A DNA stretch of 64,000 nucleotides. It comes from an uncultured Pseudomonadota bacterium (GTDB lineage: Bacteria > Pseudomonadota > Alphaproteobacteria > Rs-D84). Where the stretch lies: positions 50,071 through 114,070 of the forward strand of contig CADARU010000001.1 in assembly GCA_902790415.1 (NCBI GenBank), read 5' to 3'. The notes beneath the pieces were generated by a model that ran no database searches, was not told the DNA's origin, and saw nothing but the letters and a program-made list of their open reading frames with translations. This document shows, one piece after another, positions 39,455-49,339 of this stretch. Within the stretch, counting starts at the first letter, position 1. Each line of letters opens with the position of its first letter. Both the position numbers and the translations under genes were made by a program.

Positions 39455-40111
39455 ATGAAAAATATTCCAAGAATTTTTATTGACACAAAAATTGCAACCG
39501 GCGACAAAATCGCAATTGACAAACAAACCGCACATTACCTGGCACACGTTATGCGGACAAATTCTTGTTTATGCTTTAATAACGGGGTGGAATTCAATGC
39601 GACATTGGATACGGACGAAAAAAAACTGATTATCGGCGCACAAACAAATCATATTGACCCCAGTGGCGATATTACACTGATGTTTGCCCCAATCAAAAAA
39701 ACAGATGAATTAGTGAATATGGCAACACAAATGGGTGTAAAAGCATTACAACCGGTCATCACCGAACGAACCGTTGCACATCATGTAAACTGGGGGCGCA
39801 TGAAAAAAATCGCAACCGAGGCCGCCGAACAATCAAACAGAAACAGTGTCCCTGACATTTTGTCCCCAATACCATTTGCAAAAATAGATTTATCGAAAAT
39901 CGCCTTTGCTGATGAACGCGCGGCATACGGACATAAAACCAAAGAAATTTCTGAACGCACAACCGCGGTTTTAATTGGACCCGAAGGTGGATTTTCGGAT
40001 TCTGAATTTGCCGCACTAGATAATGCGGGCGCGGTTGGATTTTCACTGGGGAAAACAATCCTGCGGGCCGAAGTCGCCGCAGTAGTCGCAATAACAAAGA
40101 TAACAAAATGA
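39455..40111 (+). CDS. rsmE: 16S rRNA (uracil1498-N3)-methyltransferase RsmE
   Basis: PUA-like N-terminus (RIFID...GDKIAIDKQTAHYLAHVMR) and the ...AVLIGPEGGFSDSEF motif. Confidence 0.7.
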   Translation: MKNIPRIFIDTKIATGDKIAIDKQTAHYLAHVMRTNSCLCFNNGVEFNATLDTDEKKLIIGAQTNHIDPSGDITLMFAPIKKTDELVNMATQMGVKALQPVITERTVAHHVNWGRMKKIATEAAEQSNRNSVPDILSPIPFAKIDLSKIAFADERAAYGHKTKEISERTTAVLIGPEGGFSDSEFAALDNAGAVGFSLGKTILRAEVAAVVAITKITK

Positions 40112-40809
40112 AAATAAGAATTGCAAAATTTATCGCGGATTCTGGCATGGCATCACGACGTGGTGCAGAAGATTTAATCGCCCAAGGCGCGGTCTCGGTT
40201 AATGGCGAAAAAATTACCAGTCCGGTTACATTTGTTGATGACAACGATAAAATCACAATTACCGGCACACCGGTCCAACAAAGAACAGATACAAAACTGT
40301 ATATGTTCCATAAACCAAATTACACAATGACAACAACCGATGACCCTCGCCGCCGCAAAACAATTTATGACGTTTTGCCAGAAAAATATAAAAACCTGAA
40401 ATACGTTGGACGATTAGATTATAAAACCACCGGTCTGTTATTATTAACCAACGATGGATTGTTGGCACGCAAATTAACACAACCATCAAACAATATTCCA
40501 CGAACCTATGTTGCTGATGTAATCGGAAACAATTTATCAAAATTAGATAAGGCACGCAGTGGTGTTACCATTGACGGAATAAAATATCGCCCCATGGATA
40601 TCGAAGTTATGAAAAATAAAAAATTGCGCATAACCGTAACCGAAGGAAAAAAGAACGAAATCAGAATCGTTTTAAAACATTGTGGCTTGCCCGTAAAAAC
40701 GTTACACCGCATTAGTTTTGGGCCGATTTTGTTGGGAAAATTACCTGTTGGAAAAATTGAAGAAATAGATAAAAAAACAATTGACGTGATTGTAAAAACT
40801 CTTCTATAA
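40108..40809 (+). CDS. RsuA/RluB-family pseudouridine synthase (S4 domain)
   Basis: S4 N-terminus (KFIADSGMASRRGAEDLIAQGAVSVNG), catalytic VGRLDYKTTGLLLLTNDG. It overlaps rsmE by 4 nt. Confidence 0.75.
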   Translation: MKIRIAKFIADSGMASRRGAEDLIAQGAVSVNGEKITSPVTFVDDNDKITITGTPVQQRTDTKLYMFHKPNYTMTTTDDPRRRKTIYDVLPEKYKNLKYVGRLDYKTTGLLLLTNDGLLARKLTQPSNNIPRTYVADVIGNNLSKLDKARSGVTIDGIKYRPMDIEVMKNKKLRITVTEGKKNEIRIVLKHCGLPVKTLHRISFGPILLGKLPVGKIEEIDKKTIDVIVKTLL

Positions 40810-40834
40810 TCAAAATAACGGAAGGGAGATTTAC

Positions 40835-41821
40835 ATGAAAAAAACAACCACAAAAAAAGCAAAAAATACCGCTGTAAAACCCCAAGGGGTCAAGGTTAAA
40901 ACACCTGAACGCAACCAAAATAATCGTTCTTGGTCTGCATCTATTTATTTTTATTGGTTTATAATTTTGTTCTTTATTGCGGCAACGTTCTATATCTTGG
41001 GACGCAGTCATAACGCAATCAAGGTTACACCGGCACAAAATCAGATTGTCGCCGAAGAAACATTAAATACCGCCGCAGATTTCTTCAATAACGGCAAGAA
41101 AAATATTCTGACCGGAAATTTGGAAGATGCGATTATCGACTTAACCGCCGCAGTAAATGCCGACAACAATATGATTGATGCATACCTGTTGCGCGGTGAG
41201 GCATATATGCAAAACGGTGATTGGAAAAACGCAATGGCGGATTTTGATCACGCGATTGAAATGGATGCAAAAAATTCTATCGCATATTACGACCGTTCTT
41301 TGTTGAATACACGTATGGAAGATTATAATGCCGCATTGGCCGATATTAACAACGCATTGGCGGCATATACAACAAATCCAAACGAGGTTTTGCAAATGCG
41401 TGATTTGTACGCAAAACGCGGTCAGTTAAATTTGTGGTTAAAAAATTGGGAAGGTGCGATTGCTGATTACAAAAACTCCTTGGCACGTCCAGAAGGTATT
41501 GTAACCCCATCCGTATATGCAGAACGCGCCGAAGCATACACCGCATTGGGTCAATACAGTGATGCGATTGCCGATTATACATCTGCAATTCGCGTAATCT
41601 CTGAACAAATCCAAGGCGCAACCAGCACCGAACAAAAAGAAGACCTGTCTTCACGTGCAATGACATACTTTGAAAAGTCGGCCGCATTAAACCTGAACGT
41701 TGGTAATACGGCGGCGGCACGTTCTGATTTGGAATCGGCAAATGCAATCGCGACATCTTTGGACGATACGGACACAATGGAAAGATTGCAAAAATTGTTA
41801 TCCGAAATTCCGCAACAATAA
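40835..41821 (+). CDS. Membrane-anchored TPR-repeat protein
   Basis: Basic N-terminus, one TM helix (IYFYWFIILFFIAATFYIL), then several TPR-like units (AIIDLTAAVNADNNMIDAYLLRGEAYMQNGDWKNAMADFDHAIEMD...). Confidence 0.55.
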   Translation: MKKTTTKKAKNTAVKPQGVKVKTPERNQNNRSWSASIYFYWFIILFFIAATFYILGRSHNAIKVTPAQNQIVAEETLNTAADFFNNGKKNILTGNLEDAIIDLTAAVNADNNMIDAYLLRGEAYMQNGDWKNAMADFDHAIEMDAKNSIAYYDRSLLNTRMEDYNAALADINNALAAYTTNPNEVLQMRDLYAKRGQLNLWLKNWEGAIADYKNSLARPEGIVTPSVYAERAEAYTALGQYSDAIADYTSAIRVISEQIQGATSTEQKEDLSSRAMTYFEKSAALNLNVGNTAAARSDLESANAIATSLDDTDTMERLQKLLSEIPQQ

Positions 41822-41837
41822 ATAAAAAACAAAGTAA

Positions 41838-41865
41838 TAAAAACGCCCGTTTGGGCGTTTTTTGT
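41838..41865. terminator. Bidirectional terminator
   Basis: aacgcccgtttgggcgtt hairpin flanked by A- and T-runs. Confidence 0.65.
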
Positions 41866-41871
41866 TTGTCT

Positions 41872-42912
41872 TTAAAAATTCAATCTGATTGCGGCGGCAA
41901 CAAACGGTTCATGACGTGTCAGACCCAACGATGCCCAAAAATCAACGTAACGATTATATTTGCACCGCACAGACCCCACAATCGTATTATCTACATATTC
42001 TGGGGCATCTTTGTGCCATATTCCGGTATCAGACAATATATACGAAACAGATAAACTGTAATTCAACACATCATAACTGACCCCGGCACCCGCAGACAGG
42101 CCGTCTGATACAATGCCTGTTGGATTTTCGTCATATATTGCGCGTCCGTTTATACCGAATACAAAACTGTTATACTGTACATTAAGGCCGGCACCAACCT
42201 GGGCACGCCAATCTGCATAAACCGGTATTCCACCATGAATTGCGTATCCATCGGGGCTATCGATAAAATCACCGCCCAAAGAAAACGCCATTTTTGTTTT
42301 ACCTTCGGAATATTTTAATTTTAATCCAGCGGCAACACCAAAATCATAATCATCGGTTACCCCAGATACAGATAATCCATATTGCACATGTTGACTGGAT
42401 GCAGACACAACATTAACGCGCAACGCGTCATGTCCAGATATTATAACGGTATCACGAATCACCGGGCCATCGGCACCAATTTTTTTGTAAATCAAAGAAT
42501 TTTCATTTATGCGCAATCCACCAACATCTGGCAACCCCAGGGCCAATTTGTGCGCCACAGAATCAGTAAAACCGATTTCCATACGCCCAACACCCTGCCA
42601 TTGCCAAAAACCGAATGCATCGTGTGTCCATTCGTGTTCATCCAACGCGTTTTCATCGTATGTATAAGACAATCCGAATTTCTGTTCGCGGTTTACGTTG
42701 TAGGCGGCCTGGGCACGAACTTTGAAATCACCTAAGAATTTAGGTTCATTAAAATCAGGCTCTATTAAACCGGCCATACCGTATCCGGTCAAACGAAAAT
42801 CAAAATTACCAACCTGTTGCCCAAAGGCATCGGCGCGCATCGGCGAAAAAAAACCGATACCAATCAAAAAAAGAATCCCTGAACCTGATAAAAAACCTTT
42901 ACTCGTTGTCAT
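41872..42912 (-). CDS. Outer-membrane beta-barrel (porin-like) protein
   Basis: Signal peptide (…GILFLIGIGFFSPMRADA), alternating amphipathic beta-strand pattern, C-terminal ...AIRLNF ending in Phe. The start at MTTSKG overlaps the rpoH 3' end by about 13 nt. Confidence 0.5.
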   Translation of the reverse strand: MTTSKGFLSGSGILFLIGIGFFSPMRADAFGQQVGNFDFRLTGYGMAGLIEPDFNEPKFLGDFKVRAQAAYNVNREQKFGLSYTYDENALDEHEWTHDAFGFWQWQGVGRMEIGFTDSVAHKLALGLPDVGGLRINENSLIYKKIGADGPVIRDTVIISGHDALRVNVVSASSQHVQYGLSVSGVTDDYDFGVAAGLKLKYSEGKTKMAFSLGGDFIDSPDGYAIHGGIPVYADWRAQVGAGLNVQYNSFVFGINGRAIYDENPTGIVSDGLSAGAGVSYDVLNYSLSVSYILSDTGIWHKDAPEYVDNTIVGSVRCKYNRYVDFWASLGLTRHEPFVAAAIRLNF

Positions 42913-43825
42913 TTTTGCTCCCTGTGGTGTCTTGTAAAATAGCATCGCGCAATTTGTTATATGCACGTTCTTCTATTTGGCGAACACGTTCGCGTGATAT
43001 ACCGTATTTTTTTGATAAAACCTCTAATGTGGCGGCCGGTTCGGTCAACCTGCGTGCACGCAATATTTCTTGGTCGCGTTGCGGCAAATTGGCCAAATGT
43101 TTTTGCAACAGCGCATATCCACGTTTTCTAAATTCCTGGCGTTCAATATTATCAACAATAGATACCCCGTCATCGGCCAAATTTGATAACATATCCACGC
43201 CTTCTTGTTCGGAATCACGCGCCGGCGCATTTAGCGATAAATCGCGCGCAACAATACGCGTAGACATACGTTTTACGTCATCGGCCGGAACTTCTAAATA
43301 ATCTGCGATTTGTTGCGCCTGGTCATCAGACAGGTTTCCGTTCATAATCCCCAATGCACGTTTAGCGCGCGCCAGATTAAAGAAAACGCGTTTCTGGTTC
43401 GCCGATGTCCCAATTTTCACAATAGACCAATTGTTTAATATATTTTCGTATATTTCTGCACGAATCCAAAACATAGCATAGGTTGAAAAACGAAAACCAC
43501 GTTCCGGGTCAAATTTTTGTAATGCCTGCATCAGGCCCATATTACCACTGGCCACTAAATCTTGGACGGGAATACCATAATGACGGAAATCATACGCAAC
43601 CGACACAACCAGACGTAAATGACTGACCAGTAATTTTTCCGCCGCATCTTGGTCATGATTCTTTACCCATTGGGATGCGTATTCGTATTCTTGTTCGGCC
43701 GAAAGTATAGGGAATTGTTGAATTGTACGAATATAATTCGCCAACCCAGCATCATCGGTAGCCGGAATCATTATACCTGTTCCGGTAACTTTTGTTGGCA
43801 AAGCGGTCTTGATTTGTTTCGTCAT
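42899..43825 (-). CDS. rpoH: RNA polymerase sigma-32 factor RpoH
   Basis: Sigma70 regions 2-4 (…LVVSVAYDFRHYGIPVQDLVASGNMGLMQALQKFDPERGFRFSTYAMFWIRAEI…), an RpoH-box-like QKRVFFNLARAKRAL, and a C-terminal HTH (…ATLEVLSKKYGISRERVRQIE). Confidence 0.85.
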   Translation of the reverse strand: MTKQIKTALPTKVTGTGIMIPATDDAGLANYIRTIQQFPILSAEQEYEYASQWVKNHDQDAAEKLLVSHLRLVVSVAYDFRHYGIPVQDLVASGNMGLMQALQKFDPERGFRFSTYAMFWIRAEIYENILNNWSIVKIGTSANQKRVFFNLARAKRALGIMNGNLSDDQAQQIADYLEVPADDVKRMSTRIVARDLSLNAPARDSEQEGVDMLSNLADDGVSIVDNIERQEFRKRGYALLQKHLANLPQRDQEILRARRLTEPAATLEVLSKKYGISRERVRQIEERAYNKLRDAILQDTTGSKNDNE

Positions 43826-43889
43826 TATGTTTATAGTATAGCAAGAAAATAAGATTTATCAAGGGCACCATTTAAAAGGAGATAACCCG

Positions 43890-44540
43890 ATGGCAACAAT
43901 TTTAGAAAGAAATAAAAACATCAAACCCAAGAAAAAAACTATGCAAGAACACGCCGAAGATGCCTTGTACCGTGAAGTTTGGGAAGATGTGAACAACGAA
44001 AAAACGCAACAATTTTTGAAAAAATATGCAAAACATATGATTGTTGGTGTGATTGTCATTATGATTGCGGTTGTTTCAATACAAATTGGTGTGCGTTCTT
44101 ATCGTGCATCTAAAATTGCCACCGCAGAAAGTTATGAAACCGCGATTCGCAACGGTGATGTAAACGCATTGGTCGGGTTATCTAAAAATACGGGTGGTGC
44201 AACATCTGATTTGGCGCTGTTCAACGCATACGTAACCGACAAAGATGTTAAAAAATTAGAAGAATTGGCCAAAAATGGCAAAACACGTGATTTTCGCGAT
44301 TTGGCAAAAATTCATATAATTGGAATCAAAGGCGATGAAATGTCTGGGGCCGATGTTGAAAAATACTTGTCAGATTTGAATACAAAATCTTCACCATATT
44401 ACTATACCGCGTGTTTGACCATCGCACAAAAATACCTGGCCGAAGGCGCACGTGAAAACGCAAATAAATGGTTGGACAAAATTATAAACGATGCTGATGC
44501 ACCGGCACTGATTGTTGCAGATGCACAAAACATTAGGTAA
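43890..44540 (+). CDS. YfgM-like membrane-anchored TPR-like protein
   Basis: N-terminal region, one TM helix (MIVGVIVIMIAVVSIQIGV) and a helical-repeat C-terminus. It is immediately followed by a BamB-like PQQ lipoprotein gene, matching the conserved yfgM-bamB arrangement. Confidence 0.4.
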   Translation: MATILERNKNIKPKKKTMQEHAEDALYREVWEDVNNEKTQQFLKKYAKHMIVGVIVIMIAVVSIQIGVRSYRASKIATAESYETAIRNGDVNALVGLSKNTGGATSDLALFNAYVTDKDVKKLEELAKNGKTRDFRDLAKIHIIGIKGDEMSGADVEKYLSDLNTKSSPYYYTACLTIAQKYLAEGARENANKWLDKIINDADAPALIVADAQNIR

Positions 44541-44548
44541 TACAGGAA

Positions 44549-45277
44549 ATGAAAAAGAATCTGATTTTTGTTTTATCTGTTCTGGCATTGGCGGCATGTG
44601 ATAAACATGACCCTATTTTGCCCGGTGTGCGCGACCCTATTTTTGATACAAATAATATGGTTATGCTAAATACAGATGCCCCGGTGGTATCTGGTGAATT
44701 TGCAACCAGTGGCGATGATGCATGTGAATATAAATTAGATTCCAGAAACACAATCTGGGCGGACACGCGCCGTATATTTACCGGTTTTGCCACGGATAAT
44801 TCTGTGGCGGGTCAACGGCATGTATATTGCCAAAAACAACATATTTATGCGGGGTTAACCACCGGTGAATTGGTCAAGGTCAACCCCACAACCAGACAAA
44901 TTAAGTGGATTGCCGACATTTATCGCCCCAGCAATATGACCGGTGGCGCAGCGGTTTTGGATATTGTTGCCCCGATTGTTTTTGATAAAAACTATGTTTA
45001 TGCCGGTGGCCTGGACAAGGCATTTTGTAAAATATCTGATAACACAGGCAAAACATCATGGTGTCTAGATTTGGGAATTGAACATAGGTTTTTGGTTAAT
45101 AACTCTGTGATTTTTGTCTTGGATACCGATAAAAATTTGTATGCTCTGCGACCAACAGATGGTGCGGCCTACTGGCATACAACGGTCAAAAAAACCGCAG
45201 ATTTGGAATACATAGATGGATATATAATTGTCGACCGCCAAAAGTTTGATGCAAAAAATGGCGAAATTGCTAACTAA
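44549..45277 (+). CDS. Short BamB-like PQQ beta-propeller lipoprotein
   Basis: Lipobox (VLALAACD) and repeated PQQ-like blades (…IYAGLTTGELVKVNPTTRQIKW…YVYAGGLDKAFCKISDNTGKTSW…NLYALRPTDGAAYW). Only 242 aa, versus about 380 for canonical BamB. Confidence 0.5.
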   Translation: MKKNLIFVLSVLALAACDKHDPILPGVRDPIFDTNNMVMLNTDAPVVSGEFATSGDDACEYKLDSRNTIWADTRRIFTGFATDNSVAGQRHVYCQKQHIYAGLTTGELVKVNPTTRQIKWIADIYRPSNMTGGAAVLDIVAPIVFDKNYVYAGGLDKAFCKISDNTGKTSWCLDLGIEHRFLVNNSVIFVLDTDKNLYALRPTDGAAYWHTTVKKTADLEYIDGYIIVDRQKFDAKNGEIAN

Positions 45278-45320
45278 AACTTGCAATTAGTAAATTCTTT
45301 GTTATAATTCGCGTTGCTTT

Positions 45321-45378
45321 GGGTGGTTAGCGCAGTTGGGAAGCCGCGTTACGTTGATATCGTAAAGGTCGTTGGTTC
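45321..45378 (+). pseudogene. Truncated tRNA-Val-like fragment (5' about 58 nt copy) upstream of tRNA-Val
   Basis: GGGTGGTTAGCGCAGTTGGGAAGCCGCGTTACGTTGATATCGTAAAGGTCGTTGGTTC is about 90% identical to the first 58 nt of the tRNA-Val at 45405, then diverges. It has no acceptor 3' strand or T-arm pairing, so it cannot fold as a tRNA. Confidence 0.5.
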
Positions 45379-45404
45379 CCGGTTCGATAGCACTTGGAGT
45401 ATAT

Positions 45405-45481
45405 GGGTGGTTAGCTCAGTTGGTTAGAGCGTTACGTTGACATCGTAAAGGTCGTTGGTTCGAGTCCAATACCACCCACCA
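45405..45481 (+). tRNA. tRNA-Val (anticodon GAC)
   Basis: GGGTGGTTAGCTCAGTTGGTTAGAGCGTTACGTTGACATCGTAAAGGTCGTTGGTTCGAGTCCAATACCACCCACCA is a perfect cloverleaf with anticodon loop TTGACAT. Promoter-like TTGCAA...TATAAT lies upstream at about 45281-45313. Confidence 0.85.
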
Positions 45482-45590
45482 CAAATTTTCACCGAAGCGT
45501 AACGTTCGCGAAGGCAGGCAAGATTTTAAAAAAAAACAACGATGAAACGAATGCAAATATAATTTTTACAAACAATTAAACGGGATTCGG

Positions 45591-45620
45591 TTGGACACCC
45601 CGTTTGGTGTCCATTTTTTA
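45591..45620 (+). terminator. Terminator after tRNA-Val
   Basis: ggacacccc-gttt-ggtgtcc hairpin followed by tttttt. Confidence 0.6.
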
Positions 45621-45639
45621 TAATCAAAGGACAAAAAAC

Positions 45640-47289
45640 ATGGCAAAAAAATATCTTATTACATCTGCTTTACCATACGTAAATAATATTTTACATATTG
45701 GGCATTTGATTGGTTGTTTATTACCATCTGATGTTTATGCACGTTTTTGCCGTGCGATGGGTCGTGATGTTTTATATATTGGCGGATCCGACGAACATGG
45801 AACTCCGTCTGAAATTGGTGCTGCACGTGAAGGAATTTCTATTGAAGAATATGTTGATAAATATCGTGCGAAACATTTGGATGCGGTGCGCGATTTCAAA
45901 TTGTCCTTTGATTTATATGGTCGCACACATACAAAACTGCACGAAAAACTGATTCACGAATTGTTTAACCGCCTTGATTCCCTTGGCATGATAGAGGAAA
46001 AAACTTCACGCCAACCATATTCGGTAAACGAAAAGAAATTCTTGGCGGACCGATATGTTATTGGAACATGTCCAAAATGTGGCTATGAACGCGCATACGG
46101 TAACGAATGTGAAAAATGTGGCGCATCCTTGGACCCAGATGAACTTATCAACCCACACAGTGCGGTTGACCCAACATCCCCGGTTGAAATGCGCGAAACA
46201 AAACACCTGTATTTCAAATTAAGCAAAATGCAGGATAAATTACGGGCATGGATAAATTCACGCGTGGGATGGCCCAAAACTGCAATCAAAATTGCAAACA
46301 AATGGTTAGACGAAGGTTTGCGGGATAACCCAATTACCCGTGATTTGAAATGGGGAATTCCGGTAAATAAACCAGGATTCGAAGACAAGGTTTTCTATGT
46401 ATGGTTTGATGCACCATGGGGATACGTTTCAATATCCCAAGCGGCAACTGATGATTGGGCATCTTGGTGGAAAAATCCGGATTGTCATTACACAGAATTT
46501 ATGGGTAAGGATAATGTATCTTTTCATTCGGTGTTTTTCCCGGCATACGAATTGGCTATGAACGATGGATGGAAAACCGTTGATGTTTTAAAAGGATTCA
46601 ACTTTTTGAATTTTAATGGTGCCAAGGTATCAAAATCTGCGAACAACGGTATTTTTCTGGACGAAGCCTTGGACATTGCACCAGCGGACTGTTGGCGTTA
46701 TGCTCTGATTGCGTCAACCCCAGAAACAGACGATACAGATTTTACAATGACACGATTTACAGAAATCGTAAACAAAGATTTAAACGGATTGTTGGGGAAC
46801 TTTGTTTCACGCGTGTGCAAATTAACCGACAAAAATTTTGGATTAAATGTTCCAAAATCAAATGGCACAGATTCCGCGTTGGCGGCACGTTTGGATGAAA
46901 AAATTGCCGAATTGACATCTATGTTGGATGCGTGCGAATTTCGCAAATCTATTGCGGCGTTACGCGAAATATACGGTATTGCAAACGAATATATGACCGC
47001 ACGCGAACCATGGGCATTGGTTAAAAATGGCGATACAGATGGTGCGGCCGCGGTATTAAACGAATGTTTTCAAATGATAGATTTGTTTGCGCGTGTATCG
47101 GCACCGTTTATTCCGGATACAGCGGAAAAAATCAAAAATATATTTGGCGGTAACCACGATTTATCTTGGCCAACAAAATACGAACACAGAATTGCGGACG
47201 GCGAAAAATTCATCGTGCCAGAAAACCTGTTTACGCGTATTGAAGATACATTGGTTACCAAAACAACAAATGACAATGTTACAAAATAA
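45640..47289 (+). CDS. metG: Methionyl-tRNA synthetase (short form without the C-terminal tRNA-binding domain)
   Basis: MAKKYLITSALPYVNNILHIGHLIG (HIGH), the zinc knuckle CPKCGYERAYGNECEKCG, and KVSKSANNG (KMSKS). The start at 45640 has a better RBS than the track start at 45604. Confidence 0.9.
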   Translation: MAKKYLITSALPYVNNILHIGHLIGCLLPSDVYARFCRAMGRDVLYIGGSDEHGTPSEIGAAREGISIEEYVDKYRAKHLDAVRDFKLSFDLYGRTHTKLHEKLIHELFNRLDSLGMIEEKTSRQPYSVNEKKFLADRYVIGTCPKCGYERAYGNECEKCGASLDPDELINPHSAVDPTSPVEMRETKHLYFKLSKMQDKLRAWINSRVGWPKTAIKIANKWLDEGLRDNPITRDLKWGIPVNKPGFEDKVFYVWFDAPWGYVSISQAATDDWASWWKNPDCHYTEFMGKDNVSFHSVFFPAYELAMNDGWKTVDVLKGFNFLNFNGAKVSKSANNGIFLDEALDIAPADCWRYALIASTPETDDTDFTMTRFTEIVNKDLNGLLGNFVSRVCKLTDKNFGLNVPKSNGTDSALAARLDEKIAELTSMLDACEFRKSIAALREIYGIANEYMTAREPWALVKNGDTDGAAAVLNECFQMIDLFARVSAPFIPDTAEKIKNIFGGNHDLSWPTKYEHRIADGEKFIVPENLFTRIEDTLVTKTTNDNVTK

Positions 47290-47309
47290 ATATAAAAGGA
47301 ATATAAAAC

Positions 47310-47612
47310 ATGATAGACACAAAAAATAATCCGATAATGGACAAGGTTATAAAAGTTATTTCAAAAACAATTTCTTTTAACGGGTTAGAGGCATCAGAAA
47401 ACAGCACATTAGCCGAAGATTTACATCTTGGTTCTTTGGATGTTTGTGAAATTTTTGTTAACCTGGAAACCGAATTTGGCATAGAAATTCCATTTTTTAT
47501 GAGTAAAAATATATCGATTAAATATTTGTCTGATTATATCCAAGCGACTATAAAAAGGCGCGATATTAGAAATAACTTGGTATTGAATAAAACGGCAGAA
47601 ATTAAAAAATAA
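47310..47612 (+). CDS. Acyl carrier protein-like (atypical, 100 aa)
   Basis: ...AEDLHLGSLDVCEIFVNLETEFGIEIP resembles the ACP phosphopantetheine-site helix (DLGLDSLD...E.EF..EIP), but with GSLD instead of DSLD and a 30-aa C-terminal extension. Confidence 0.5.
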   Translation: MIDTKNNPIMDKVIKVISKTISFNGLEASENSTLAEDLHLGSLDVCEIFVNLETEFGIEIPFFMSKNISIKYLSDYIQATIKRRDIRNNLVLNKTAEIKK

Positions 47613-47614
47613 AA

Positions 47615-48157
47615 ATGTTGAACAAAACAAAACTGGTTTTGGTATCTTGTTGTGCGCCATGCAGCGCGGGCGCAATAAAACAACTGGCGGATGGCGAAAT
47701 CCCTGGCATAGAAGATTTTATCGTTTTGTTTTTTAATCCGAACATTTACCCCGAATCCGAATACACAAAACGTATGCAAGAACAGATTAAATACTGTGAA
47801 AAATTAGGGGTAAAATATCATATTGGTCAATACGACCATGATGCGTGGCGCGCGGCGGTACGTGGATTGGAAACCGAACCCGAACGTGGCGCGCGTTGCA
47901 GTGTTTGCTTTGCATACAGATTTGAATACGCAAAAAAATTTGCGCGTGAAAACGGCTATAATGCGATTGCATCCGTTCTGGGGGTATCGCGACATAAAGA
48001 CCAATCTCAGGTTGATGCGGCCGGGGAATCTGCGCCCGGCGAAATAGAATATTTACCAATTAAATGGGATGAAAAATTGCGCACACAAATTAACCGCGCA
48101 AGTGATTTTTACCGTCAAAATTATTGTGGCTGTGAATTCAGCATAAGAAAAATATAA
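47615..48157 (+). CDS. queH: Epoxyqueuosine reductase QueH (DUF208)
   Basis: LVLVSCCAPCS N-terminal motif and C-terminal ...RQNYCGCEFS cysteines, characteristic of QueH. Confidence 0.7.
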   Translation: MLNKTKLVLVSCCAPCSAGAIKQLADGEIPGIEDFIVLFFNPNIYPESEYTKRMQEQIKYCEKLGVKYHIGQYDHDAWRAAVRGLETEPERGARCSVCFAYRFEYAKKFARENGYNAIASVLGVSRHKDQSQVDAAGESAPGEIEYLPIKWDEKLRTQINRASDFYRQNYCGCEFSIRKI

Positions 48158-48221
48158 AACTTTACTATTATTTGCATAGTGAAATTTTGATTGCTATAAT
48201 CAAAAAAAAGGAGCAACGATT

Positions 48222-49097
48222 ATGTCATCGATACTTGTATTCCCCGGCCAGGGGTCTCAAACAGTTGGTATGGGACGTGATTTATATGAAAATAATGCCG
48301 CCGCACGCGCGGTCTTTGATGAAGTTGATGATGCGTTGGGGCAAAAATTATCAGACATTATTTTTAATGGTCCAATGGAAGATTTAACATTAACCACAAA
48401 TGTTCAGCCGGCAATTATGGCAACATCTATTGCAATGTTTCGTGCATCGGGTGTACCACTAACCGAATATGTTGCTGGGCACTCATTAGGTGAATACACC
48501 GCATTATGTGCGGCTGGCGCATTATCGGTTGCAGATACGGCAAAATTGTTACGTCTGCGTGGGGATGCGATGCAACGCGCGGTTCCGGTTGGTCGTGGGT
48601 TAACCGCGGTTATTTTGGGATTGGATATCGATGTTGTTCGTGATATTTGTGCAAAAAATGATTGCGATGTTGCAAATGATAATTCCCCAGGACAAGTTGT
48701 AATTTCAGGCAGTAAAGAAATTGTTGAAAAAACATTGGAAGATGCCAAAGCGGCGGGTGCAAAACGCGCAATGCCATTGGCGCTGTCTGTTCCGGTTCAT
48801 TGCCGTATTCAACAACCGGCCGCCGAAGAAATGCGCGTGGCATTGGCAAATACAGAAATAAAAACACCAGTGGCAGCATTGATATCAAACAAAACATGCA
48901 CGCCAATATCCGACCCGGATGAAATTCGCGATTGCTTGGTCTATCAAATAACCCACGGCGTTCGTTGGCGCGAAAGTGTTTTGGCAATGCACGAACTTGG
49001 TATCACAGAAACAATTGAAGTTGGACCGGGCGCGGTACTGACCGGCCTTACCAAGCGTATTTGTCCGGAAATGGATGGCAAGAAATTAGAGGTGTAA
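48222..49097 (+). CDS. fabD: Malonyl-CoA:ACP transacylase
   Basis: VFPGQGSQ..GMG and the active-site GHSLGEY motif. Confidence 0.9.
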   Translation: MSSILVFPGQGSQTVGMGRDLYENNAAARAVFDEVDDALGQKLSDIIFNGPMEDLTLTTNVQPAIMATSIAMFRASGVPLTEYVAGHSLGEYTALCAAGALSVADTAKLLRLRGDAMQRAVPVGRGLTAVILGLDIDVVRDICAKNDCDVANDNSPGQVVISGSKEIVEKTLEDAKAAGAKRAMPLALSVPVHCRIQQPAAEEMRVALANTEIKTPVAALISNKTCTPISDPDEIRDCLVYQITHGVRWRESVLAMHELGITETIEVGPGAVLTGLTKRICPEMDGKKLEV

Positions 49098-49100
49098 TAC

Positions 49101-49328
49101 ATGCCAGAAATAAAAAGAGAAAACGGTATCATAATATTTCAGCCATATGCAGGATGGACTGTGGATGATGCAATTTCTAAATCTATAGATTTGGCTGTAC
49201 AAGAAAAAACGACTGTTAAACTTGTTGCAAATGATATTATTTTGGAACTTGATGCGAAATCTACATTTGCACAAGCCAGAGAATTATTCACACAAAAGAT
49301 AAATGCAAAATATGCAAAGAAAAAATAA
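49101..49328 (+). CDS. Small hypothetical protein (75 aa) inserted between fabD and fabG
   Basis: MPEIKRENGIIIFQPYAGWTVDDAISKSIDLAVQEKTTVKLVANDIILELDAKSTFAQARELFTQKINAKYAKKK. It has tight spacing: 3 nt after fabD and 11 nt before fabG. Confidence 0.45.
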   Translation: MPEIKRENGIIIFQPYAGWTVDDAISKSIDLAVQEKTTVKLVANDIILELDAKSTFAQARELFTQKINAKYAKKK

Positions 49329-49339
49329 ACGAGGGAAAA

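Noticed and set aside
45321-45400. First tRNA-like sequence as a functional second tRNA (Ile/Val)
   Set aside because: No complementary 3' acceptor strand and no foldable T-arm, so it is treated as a truncated pseudogene fragment.
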